DNA of 64,000 nt from an uncultured Chloroflexia bacterium (GTDB taxonomy: Bacteria > Chloroflexota > Limnocylindria > Limnocylindrales > CSP1-4), in assembly GCA_963763775.1 (NCBI GenBank), contig CAVXPZ010000001.1, positions 896,001 to 960,000 of the forward strand. Direction: 5' to 3'. A program made the position numbers and the translations under genes. Positions 55,189 through 64,000 of the stretch are shown in pieces (the first letter of the stretch is position 1; each line of letters opens with the position of its first letter). The notes beneath the pieces were generated by a model, which saw only the letters and a program-made list of their open reading frames with translations, had not been told where the DNA came from and ran no database searches.

Positions 55189-58133
55189 ATGGGCATCTCG
55201 TTCGAGACCCCGCTCTGGCTGCTCGCGCTCATCCCCGTCCTGGCGATCACGCTCGCCCTGCACCTGGCCGCGCGGCGACGCATGGGCGCGGGCCGGCGGC
55301 GCGTCGCCCTGGTCGTGCGGACGTTGCTCCTCTCGGCCCTGGTCTTCGCGATCGCCGGCTTCCAGCTGGTCCTCCCGGTCGACCGGCTGGCCACGGTCTT
55401 CGTGGTCGACCTGTCCGATTCGGTCGGGCAACGCCGGCCACGAGGACGCCCTCGCGTTCCTGCGGGAGACGCTCAAGGAGAAGCCGACGGGCGACGTCGC
55501 CGGCATCGTCGCCTTCGGCAAGGAGGCGCTGGTCGAGCGCCTGCCGTCCGAGGTCGATGACATCGAGCGCATCGCCTCGGCGCCGGTCCGCTCTGCGACC
55601 GATATCGGCGCCGCGCTGCGGCTCGCGACCGCGCTCTTCCCCGACGACGCCCAGAAGCGGATCGTGCTCCTCAGCGACGGCAACGACACCACCGGTAGCG
55701 GTCAGGCCGAGGCGGCCCTCGCCGCGAGCCGTGGCGTGCAGATCGAGACCAGGATGATCGGGCTCGGCGACGCCGACGAGGTCCTCGTCGAGCGCCTCAC
55801 GACGCCGTCGACCGCTCGACTCGGCGAGTCCGTGGAAGCCGTGGCGGACATCCGGTCCTCGGTGGCGCAGCCCGCGACGGTCCGGCTCTTCGCCGACGGC
55901 GCCCTGGTCGCCACGCAACCGGTCCAGCTCGTCGCCGGCTCCACGAGGGTCACGTTCGACACGAAGCCCACCGAGGCCGGGTTCCACACGTTCCGGGCGG
56001 TCGTGGAGGCGGCCCGGGACACGTTCAGCCAGAACGACCGGGCCGACTCGAACACGATCGTGAAGGGCGAGCCCCGGACGCTGATCCTCGCCGGCGACGA
56101 CGCGGTCGCCACCGAGCTGATCGCCGCGCTCAAGAGCCAGCGGCAGATCGTGGACAAGCTCGTGCCGGAGGCGCTGCCGACCGACTTCGCCGGGCTGGCG
56201 ACCTACGACAGCATCGTCCTCGTCGACGTCCCGCGGATCCGGCTCTCGGACAAGCAGCTCGCCGCGCTCCAGGTCTATGTCCGCGACCTGGGCAAGGGCC
56301 TCGTCATGGTGGGCGGGCCGGAGAGCTTCGGCGCCGGCGGCTACCAGAAGACGCCGCTCGAGGAGTCGCTGCCGGTCGACATGGGCGTGCGCGACCGGCA
56401 GAAGGAGCCGGACATCGCGCTCGTCGTCGTGATCGACAAGTCGGGCTCGATGGCGGCCTGTCACTGCAACACGTTCGACCGCAACAGCGGCTCGGGGATC
56501 GCGGGCGTCCAGAAGGTCGACATCGGCAAGGAGGCGATCCTGCGGGCGGCGGCGGCGATGACCGCGCGCGACGAGCTCGGCGTCGTGGCGTTCAACGAGG
56601 CGGCGCACTGGGTCGTGAAGACGCAGCCGCTCGGGAACATCGCCGACCTCCAGGGCGACATCGCCGGCATCCGGGCCGACGGCCAGACGAACATCTACTC
56701 GGGCCTCGACCAGGCCGTCCAGTCGCTCGAAGGCACGACGGCCACGCGCCGCCACATCATCCTGCTCACCGACGGCTGGTCGACCTCCGGGCAGTACGAC
56801 GACATCCTCGCGAAGATGAAGGCCGACGGGATCACGCTGTCGACGGTGGGCGCCGGCGGCGGGGCCAACCCGTTCCTCGAGCAGCTCGCCAAGGAGGGCG
56901 GCGGGCGGTTCTACGCGGCAGCGAACCCGGCGAGCATCCCGGACATCTTCCTCAAGGAGACCCAGCAGGTCTCGGGGCAGCAGATCGTGGAGGAGCCGTT
57001 CTTCCCGATCCTGACCTCGTCGTCGCCGATCCTGCGCGGCCTCGACCAGGGCCTCCCGAAGCTCCTCGGGTACAACGGCACCACGGCCAAGTCCGCGGCG
57101 CAGACGGTCCTCGTCACGTCGCGCGACGACCCGCTCCTCGCCCAGTGGCAGTACGGCCTCGGCCGGTCCGTGGCGTGGACGTCGGACACGACCGGCCGCT
57201 GGGCCAAGGACTGGATCGGCTGGAGCGGGTTCGACCGGTTCTTCTCGCAGCTCGTGAGCTGGACGTTCCCGGGCGAGGAGACCGACGGGATCGAGGCCCG
57301 GTTCGACGCCGTCAACGGGAAGACGTCGCTGCACGTCGAGAGCGTCGAGGCCGACGGCTCGCCACGGGACTTCTACTCGACGACGGCATCGGTCGTGGGG
57401 CCGAGCCTCGAGCCGGTCGCGGTCAACCTCGTCCAGACCGCGCCGGGCGTCTACGAGGCGCCGCTCGGCGACGTCGACCCCGGGGCGTACGCGATCCGGG
57501 TGACGCAGACGCGGCCCGGGATCCAGCCCGCTGGGCCGCACGATCGGCCTGGTCGCGCCGACCGCGGCGGAGTACCGGCTGCTTGGCGCGGACGAGGGGT
57601 TCCTGGCGTCGCTCCGTTCCGTCACGGGCGGCGCGGTCGTGGAGACCGCCGAGGACCCGTGGGTCCACGACCTGACGGCGACGAACCACTTCACCGACCT
57701 CTGGCCGCTGCTGCTCCTCATCGCCCTGCTCCTGTGGCCGCTGGATATCGCCCTGCGGCGCGTCTCGATCGGCCGCCGTGAGATGGCCGCCGCCCGGGGG
57801 TGGGTTGCAGGATTCGGTGGCCGGCGCCGGGTCGCGGCACCACGAACGGCGACGAGCGAGAACCTGTTCGCGGCCCGCGAACGGGCGGCCGGGTCATCAT
57901 CGCGTGCGGCGTTGCGGACGCCCACGCCGACCGAGGGCGCCTCGGCGGCGACCGCGATGACGGCCGCGGCGGCGACCCCCGAGCCGGCCCGACCACCGGC
58001 CGCGCCCGCTCCGCCGGTGAACGCCACGGTCGTATCCCCGCCGGCTCCGCCGACCGCGGATGCGCCGACCGCGGATGCGACGGACACCATGGCCCGCCTC
58101 CGCGAGGCCAAGCGGCGCGCTCGGGACCGCTAG
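55189..58133 (+). CDS. Double-vWA, GATase1-like membrane protein (frameshifts near 55435 and 57525)
   Basis: VDLSDSV, LLSDGN, GGPESFGAGGY, IDKSGSM, LLTDG, WQYGLGRSVAWTSD; Pro/Ala-rich tail. Confidence 0.9.
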
Positions 58134-58248
58134 CGAGCCGATCCTCGCGCTCGAGCGTGATCACCTCGCGTCAGATGCACGTCCGGACGCCGGGCAGCCG
58201 GCGCGCCGTCGGAGGCCGTCCGGACGTCCCGGTGGTAGCCTTCGGCCG

Positions 58249-58740
58249 ATGTCATCGGTCCGCCGGATCGTCCTCGGCCTGTCACTGAGCGTGCTCGTCG
58301 TCGCCGGTTGTGGGGTCGTCTCGACGACGCCGCCCGCGCCGACGCCGGCCGACTTCCCGGATCTCGCCGGCAAGCTCGCCCTCCAGGGGATCAAGATCGA
58401 TCACGTGGTGTCTGGCGACGCCGGCTGCTCGGACCCGAACCTCGTGCCGACGGCCATCTCCTTCGAGGCCCACGGGCTCGACCAGGCCGAGACCGTGAAG
58501 CTCTACCTCTACGTCTTCCGGAACGCCGACGTGTTCGAAAAGAAGCGCCAGACCGTCGACACCTGCGCCGAGGCCTACGTGACCGACGCCGAGACGTTCG
58601 AGTCGATCGACCAGTCCCCCTACGTGTTGACGGGCCAGGGACCGTGGGGCACCGAGTTCGAGGCCACGATCCGGGGCGGCCTGGCGACGGCCGCCGGTGA
58701 TGGCGGCACCAGCGGGTACGGGGGCGGCGACAGCCCGTAA
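58249..58740 (+). CDS. Putative lipoprotein
   Basis: MSSVRRIVLGLSLSVLVVAGC lipobox; TAGCCT 7 nt upstream. Confidence 0.8.
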   Translation: MSSVRRIVLGLSLSVLVVAGCGVVSTTPPAPTPADFPDLAGKLALQGIKIDHVVSGDAGCSDPNLVPTAISFEAHGLDQAETVKLYLYVFRNADVFEKKRQTVDTCAEAYVTDAETFESIDQSPYVLTGQGPWGTEFEATIRGGLATAAGDGGTSGYGGGDSP

Positions 58741-58893
58741 CGGCGGCGTGGCCGGCGCGGGTGCGCAACGGGTCGGGTGCGGTCCGTTGGGGTCAGATCA
58801 GGTCCGGTAGGGTCGACCACCGCAGACCTTCCCATGACCGATGGGACGTCCGGGTGACGGTCCGGACGGGGTCGCACCGGCGACGCTCCGGAC

Positions 58894-59625
58894 ATGGTCC
58901 TGGCAAGCGCCCGTCGTCCCCTGCTCCGCTCCACGCTGTTCGCCTTCATCCTTGCGGTGGGCACGGTCGCTGGCGCGGTCGGACGCGACGCTTCGGGACC
59001 GACCTCGCACCCCGATGCGGCCGGCCGGGTCGCGCTCGGACCGGTCGCGGGTCAGGTCCAGGCGGCGTTCGAGGGGAACGCCTGGGTCGACCCGGAGCCG
59101 GATCCCCGCTACGACGGCCGAGCCGCACCGGTGGGCTCGTCCACCGGGCTCCGCAGCGCCCCGACGCCACCGATCCACGTCGCCGTGGCGGCCGCGGCGG
59201 GCGACGGCGGATCCGACGCCGCGTCCGGCCACCAGGGGCGCGACCACGTCTGGATGCCCGCGCTAGGGATCGACCGCTCGGTCGCGTCGTATGCCTGCTC
59301 GAACGCGTCGTACCCCGGAAACCGCGTGTACCGATGGGGCTGCGCCGGCAGCAACAACGTCTATCTCTTCGGCCACGCCGGCAGCGTGTTCCGGCCCCTG
59401 CACGACGCGTACGTCCACGGCCGGCTGCGAAAGGGCATGAAGCTCTTCTATGCGGACGGCTCGGGCACGGTCCACGCGTACAAGGTCTCCTGGTGGAAGG
59501 TCACGACGCCCACCAAGGGCACCTGGGCCTATCAGGGCCTGTCGCGCCCGAGCCTCACGCTCCAGACGTGCGTCGGGGCCGCCAGCCAGTACCGCCTGAT
59601 CGTCCGGCTGGACCGGCTCGACTGA
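58894..59625 (+). CDS. Sortase-domain protein
   Basis: N-terminal anchor; MPALGID, YLFGH, F.PL, LTLQTC, RLIV (His/Cys/Arg triad). Confidence 0.8.
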   Translation: MVLASARRPLLRSTLFAFILAVGTVAGAVGRDASGPTSHPDAAGRVALGPVAGQVQAAFEGNAWVDPEPDPRYDGRAAPVGSSTGLRSAPTPPIHVAVAAAAGDGGSDAASGHQGRDHVWMPALGIDRSVASYACSNASYPGNRVYRWGCAGSNNVYLFGHAGSVFRPLHDAYVHGRLRKGMKLFYADGSGTVHAYKVSWWKVTTPTKGTWAYQGLSRPSLTLQTCVGAASQYRLIVRLDRLD

Positions 59626-59644
59626 GGCCGGATCGGGCGGCCCG

Positions 59645-60811
59645 TCAGACGACGCGCAGCCCCAGGATCCGCCGTGCGATCACGAGCCGCTGGACCTGGC
59701 TCGTCCCCTCGCCGATCTCGGTGAGCTTCGCGTCCCGCATATAGCGCTCGACCGGGTAGTCCGTGACATACCCGTAGCCACCGTGGATCTGGATCGCATC
59801 GTTGGTCGCCCGCGAGCTGACCTCCGACGCGAACAGCTTCGCCTCGGCCGCCGCGAGCCCGAAGTCGCGACCCTGGTCCTTGAGCCACGCCGCGCGCCAG
59901 ACGAGCGCCCGGGCCGCATCGATCTCGGTCGCCATGTCGGCGATCATGAACGCCACCCCCTGGAACGACCCGATCGGCCGCCCGAACTGCTCGCGCGTCT
60001 TTGCGTACGGGATGGAGGCGTCGAGCGCTGCCTGTGCGAGCCCGACCGCGAGCGCGCCGATGCTGATGCGCCCGCCGTCGAGGATCGCAAGGAACGTCTT
60101 GAAGCCGCTCCCCTGCTCCCCGAGGAGGTTCGCCGCGGGCACGCGCGCGCCTTCGAAGTGCAGCTCACCCGTCGCAGACGCGTGCAGTCCGAGCTTGTCC
60201 TCGAGCCGGCCGACGCTGAACCCGGGCGTCGCGGCGGGGACGATGAAGGCGCTGATCTCCGGGTTGCCGTCGTCGCGCGTCCCGGTGCGCGCGGTGACGA
60301 TGTACGTGCCCGCCTGGCCGGCGTTCGTGATGAACCGCTTGCCGCCGTCGATGACCCAGCTGCCGCCGTCGGGGCCGTCCTCGTGGCGTGCCGTCGTCCG
60401 CGTGCCGCCCGAGTCGCTGCCCGCGCCGGGCTCCGTGAGGCCGTACGCCCCGATGACCCGGCCCTGGGCCATGGGCACAAGGAAGCGCTGCTGCTGGTCC
60501 TTCGAGCCGGCCAGGTGCAGCGGCCCGCACCCGAGGCTCGTGTGTGCGGCCACGATCAGGCCGAGCGACCCCCAGACGCGGCCGATCTCCTCGACGGCGA
60601 TCGCGTAGGCGAGCGTGTCGAGGCCGGCACCGCCCTCGTCCTCGGGGATCGGGATCCCGAGCCAGCCGAGCTCGCCGATCCGCCGGACGATCTCGCTCGG
60701 GAACCGACGCTCGCGCTCGTGCTCGTCGACGACCGGCGCGACCTCGGTGAGCATGAAGTCGCGGATCGTCTCGCGCAGCAGCGTGTGCTCGGGCGAGAGG
60801 TCGAGGTCCAT
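59645..60811 (-). CDS. Acyl-CoA dehydrogenase (short/branched-chain type)
   Basis: YGLTEPGAGSD, KRFITN, REQFGRPI, QIHGGYGY, EIGEGTSQVQR. Confidence 0.95.
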   Translation of the reverse strand: MDLDLSPEHTLLRETIRDFMLTEVAPVVDEHERERRFPSEIVRRIGELGWLGIPIPEDEGGAGLDTLAYAIAVEEIGRVWGSLGLIVAAHTSLGCGPLHLAGSKDQQQRFLVPMAQGRVIGAYGLTEPGAGSDSGGTRTTARHEDGPDGGSWVIDGGKRFITNAGQAGTYIVTARTGTRDDGNPEISAFIVPAATPGFSVGRLEDKLGLHASATGELHFEGARVPAANLLGEQGSGFKTFLAILDGGRISIGALAVGLAQAALDASIPYAKTREQFGRPIGSFQGVAFMIADMATEIDAARALVWRAAWLKDQGRDFGLAAAEAKLFASEVSSRATNDAIQIHGGYGYVTDYPVERYMRDAKLTEIGEGTSQVQRLVIARRILGLRVV

Positions 60812-60869
60812 CGCCGGCGAGCGTAGCACCGCGACAGCGCCCTGCGGGCCTCGGTGCTAGCCTTCACGG

Positions 60870-61583
60870 ATGCCCGAGCCCACCACGTCGGTCGGAGCCC
60901 CCAGCGGCCCCGTGGCGAGCCCCCATGCCGGCGCCGTCGGCGGCCCGTCGAGCCTGCGCCGCGACCTGCTGCTCCGCCTGCGCCTCGACGGCCCGTCGTC
61001 GCCGGACCAACTGGCCGTGCGCGTCGGCGCGAGCCGCACCGGCGTGCTCCAGCAGCTCCGGGCGCTCGAGGCGGCCGAGCTCGTGAGCCGGCAGACCGTC
61101 AAGCACGGCGTCGGCCGGCCCCGGCACCTCTACGACGTCACGCCGGACGCGCAGGACCTCTTTCCCGCGACGTACGACGTGCTCGCGGCCGGACTGCTCG
61201 CCGCGATCGGCGCGGTCGGCGGCGACGAGCTGCTCGAGGAGGTCTTCGCGGCCCGTCGTCGGCAGCTGGGCGACCGCGTCCGCGAGCGGCTCGCCGAGCA
61301 GGTCCCGGGCGACGCACCCCTCGCGGACCGGGTCAGGGAGCTCGCCGAGATCCAGGCCGCGCAGGGCTATCTCGCCGAGGCACTCGTCGACGCGGACGGC
61401 GCGATCCGGCTCCGCGAGCACAACTGCGCCATCTACCACGTCGCCAAGAGCACGCCGGCCGCCTGCACCGCCGAGCTGCAGCTGTTCCGCGAGGTCCTCG
61501 GCGCGGACGTCGTCCGCGAGAGCCACATCGCCGCGGGCGACCGCTGCTGCTCCTATCGCATCGAGGAGCGCGCCGGGAACTGA
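60870..61583 (+). CDS. ArsR/SufR-like HTH transcriptional regulator with C-terminal Cys cluster
   Basis: wHTH, HGVGRPRHLY, HNCAIYHVA...ACTAEL...GDRCCSY. Confidence 0.88.
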   Translation: MPEPTTSVGAPSGPVASPHAGAVGGPSSLRRDLLLRLRLDGPSSPDQLAVRVGASRTGVLQQLRALEAAELVSRQTVKHGVGRPRHLYDVTPDAQDLFPATYDVLAAGLLAAIGAVGGDELLEEVFAARRRQLGDRVRERLAEQVPGDAPLADRVRELAEIQAAQGYLAEALVDADGAIRLREHNCAIYHVAKSTPAACTAELQLFREVLGADVVRESHIAAGDRCCSYRIEERAGN

Positions 61584-61920
61584 GGTCCGTGGCGCGGCAT
61601 CCGACGGCAAGATCGTGCGCGCGATGGAGCCGGGGCCCCACCCGACGACATACGCCGCGAGCCACATCGGCCTGTCGAGCGCGGGCGAAGGCTCTCGGTC
61701 GTGAGCGCGGCGGTGACGCGCCCGGTCCGGCGTTCGGCCGCCCGGCAGGAATCCCACTCCTACAGACCGGCATTCGGAGGGCCATGACGCACCGACGGCG
61801 GGTGCGTCGCGGCAACCCACGACCAGTCCGTGCAGGCGCGCCGCATCACGTGCCGGGGCACGGCGCCGGTCAAGCACGTTCGCGCCCTGCAAGTCCCCGG
61901 CATAGGAACCCAATTCCTGC

Positions 61921-61976
61921 GCGCCCGCTTTGGGACGGGTCGAGCCGCGCGCCCGCTGTGGGACGGGTCGAGCCGC
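61921..61976. repeat. 28-bp tandem duplication
   Basis: gcgcccgct[t/g]tgggacgggtcgagccgc, two copies. Confidence 0.85.
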
Positions 61977-62006
61977 GCGACGCTGACGCCGCGAGGCGGC
62001 CTAGCC

Positions 62007-63062
62007 TCAGGCCTCCTCGCGCTCCACGACCTCGCGGGGGGCGGGCTCGAGGCGCGGCGGCGGGACGTCCGACACGTTGGGCACGAACGACGCCGCGAGC
62101 GACGTCGCGGCCGCGACCTCCTGGTCCGCCACGGACAGGATCCCGAGCCGGCCGAGCTGCGCCATCTCGTCGCGGATGTAGGTCTTGAGCATCTCGGGGC
62201 CGTCGGTGTTGATCGTGAAGCGGACCTCGTTGCGCCGGAGCGTGTCGAAGATCCAGCGGAACTCCTCCCAGCCGGACACGACCCGGGTGTTGAGGTTCGA
62301 CGTGGGGCAGATCTCGAGGACGATCCCCCGGTCGCGGATCATCGCCATCGCCCGGGGGTCGTAGGCCGCCTTGACGCCGTGGCCGATGCGATCCGGCTCG
62401 AGCAGCTCGACGACTCGCGCGACCTCCTCGACCGGTCCGGACTCGCCGGTGTGGACCGTGATCCCGAGGCCGAACTGGCGGGCGCGGCGGAAGAGCCGCC
62501 GATAGTCGGCGACGCGGAACGTGGCCGACTCGGGTCCGGCGATATCCACGCCGACGACGCCGCGGTCACGCCAGGCGATGGCCTTCTCCGCGATGATCTC
62601 GTTGAGCTCGAACGGGAATGCGCGGTCGAGGCAGAAGATGAGACCCGGCTTGATCGGGTACTCCAGCGTCGCGCGGTCCATGCCGCGGACGGCCGCCGCG
62701 ATGATGTGGTCGAGGTCCTGCTCCCCGCCGCGGTTTCGCTTCATCGGGTTGAAGCGGAGCTCCATGGTCGTGACGTTGTTCTTGCGGTAGGCGCCACCCA
62801 CCACTTCGTACACGCTGCGCTCGACCGCGAGCGGCGAGCTCTGGATGAGCTCGGTCCAGTGGAAGAGCTGCAGGTAGCCGTCGAACGACCGGTTCCGCCG
62901 GGCGGAGACCGTGATCATGTCGCGGAACTCCCAGTAGTCCTTGGTCGGCAGCTTGATGCCCTGGGAGTGGGCGATCCCCCACATGATCGCCGGGGTGACC
63001 GCACCGCCGAGATGGCAGTGGAGCTCCGCCAGCGGGATCTTCCGGGAGAGCGGACGGGCCAT
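62007..63062 (-). CDS. add: Adenosine/adenine deaminase-family amidohydrolase (atypical motifs)
   Basis: ELHCHLGG, GVDIAGPE, VHTGE, RIGHG, EICPTSN, INTDGP; TATCCT 6 nt upstream. Confidence 0.88.
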   Translation of the reverse strand: MARPLSRKIPLAELHCHLGGAVTPAIMWGIAHSQGIKLPTKDYWEFRDMITVSARRNRSFDGYLQLFHWTELIQSSPLAVERSVYEVVGGAYRKNNVTTMELRFNPMKRNRGGEQDLDHIIAAAVRGMDRATLEYPIKPGLIFCLDRAFPFELNEIIAEKAIAWRDRGVVGVDIAGPESATFRVADYRRLFRRARQFGLGITVHTGESGPVEEVARVVELLEPDRIGHGVKAAYDPRAMAMIRDRGIVLEICPTSNLNTRVVSGWEEFRWIFDTLRRNEVRFTINTDGPEMLKTYIRDEMAQLGRLGILSVADQEVAAATSLAASFVPNVSDVPPPRLEPAPREVVEREEA

Positions 63063-63082
63063 GCGGGCAGGATACCCGACGC

Positions 63083-64000
63083 TCAACCGTCGAACGGCCC
63101 GCTCCCGAGGCAGATCGTGAGCCGCTGCGGGCCGCCGGTCTCCTGGACCCGCAGCCGGTACTGGCCGGGCGGCAGCGACCCTCCGCTCACGGCTTCGACC
63201 AACGTCACGCCAGGAAGGGCCTCCGGCACGACCCGGAGCGGGATGTCCCGCGACTGTCCGCCCGGGAGCGCAAGGCTCGCGGTCACATCGGACACGATCG
63301 TGTCGACCGGATGCGAGATCCCGAGGACCGTCGGTTCCTCACCGAAGCGCGTCTCGCCGCGCGCGTCGTCGCAACTCGTGCCACCGATGCCGGCGGGCGT
63401 CCAGACATCCGCGCGGAGCGTGGTCGTCGACACGTCGGCCGCCGACGCGAACGCCTGCGCCGCGCCGACGAGGACCGACGACACGTTGATCCCTCCAGGA
63501 CGCAGCTCGAGCACCCAGTCGTCGGTGTGCGGTCCGTTGGCATCCGCCCAGGTCGCCGTGATCGCGTAGTCGCCGGGGGCCCAGGCGCGACCCTCAGGTG
63601 CCGCGAAGGTCACGAACGGGATGGTGCCGGCCGGATCGTCGATGGCCCCCACGACCGGGGCCGCCGCGACGGTGAGGGGTCCCGGCGCGATCCGCGTGAG
63701 CGCCGCATCGAGCACGTGCGACGCGACCGGGAACCGGACGCCGAGGCCCGCGGCCCGCGACTCGCGGATCGACGGCGTCTTCCAGGAGCCGCCGTCGCCG
63801 GTGAGGAACGTCGGGCGGAGCCAGGCGGTGGCGGGGTCGATCGACGGGCCGGGGACGGGCGCGAACGCCTTCGCGATCCCGTCCACGACCATGAAGCCAC
63901 CCGTGGGGAGATCGGCCGGGACGACACCGGCCGCCGGCACGAGCCCCGTCGGGATGCTGGGCGCCGGGTCTGCCGGGACGCGCTCGAACCGCCCGGGGAT
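63083..64000 (-). CDS. Hypothetical protein, 5' end outside the window
   Basis: Open frame continues to the window edge; beta-rich, Pro/Gly-rich sequence. Confidence 0.6.
   Translation of the reverse strand: MPGRFERVPADPAPSIPTGLVPAAGVVPADLPTGGFMVVDGIAKAFAPVPGPSIDPATAWLRPTFLTGDGGSWKTPSIRESRAAGLGVRFPVASHVLDAALTRIAPGPLTVAAAPVVGAIDDPAGTIPFVTFAAPEGRAWAPGDYAITATWADANGPHTDDWVLELRPGGINVSSVLVGAAQAFASAADVSTTTLRADVWTPAGIGGTSCDDARGETRFGEEPTVLGISHPVDTIVSDVTASLALPGGQSRDIPLRVVPEALPGVTLVEAVSGGSLPPGQYRLRVQETGGPQRLTICLGSGPFDG

Overview
Very GC-rich bacterial chromosomal window with about 60 genes and 2 tRNAs (Arg-TCT, Glu-CTC). No integrase, transposase, phage genes or CRISPR array were found. Gene style (leaderless TAnnnT-ATG starts, sortase, MoxR/vWA operon, split Kdp system) suggests a high-GC monoderm such as Chloroflexota; this is inference only. 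More than 20 genes carry single-base frameshifts, most likely long-read consensus errors, so many long ORFs in the supplied track are artefactual fusions or antisense shadows. Main content: methylmalonyl-CoA mutase, a J-domain protein, ABC exporters, a GNAT/DUF4032 cluster, an ECF sigma coupled to an MGMT-Ada protein, a GMC oxidase, a glutaminase-STAS-cNMP protein, a stand-alone A-T-TE enzyme with an oxalate-CoA-ligase-like A domain and its own PPTase, a BldC-like HTH gene with 10-bp phased repeats upstream, a kdp locus with KdpD split into two genes plus extra small genes, an orphan SPPY DNA methyltransferase, a DnaA-box triplet, a DUF1611/epimerase pair, an 8-gene ABC-MoxR-DUF58-vWA operon, a sortase and an atypical adenosine deaminase. 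The best candidates for undescribed systems are the A-T-TE/PPTase mini-cluster and the ECF sigma/MGMT-Ada pair.
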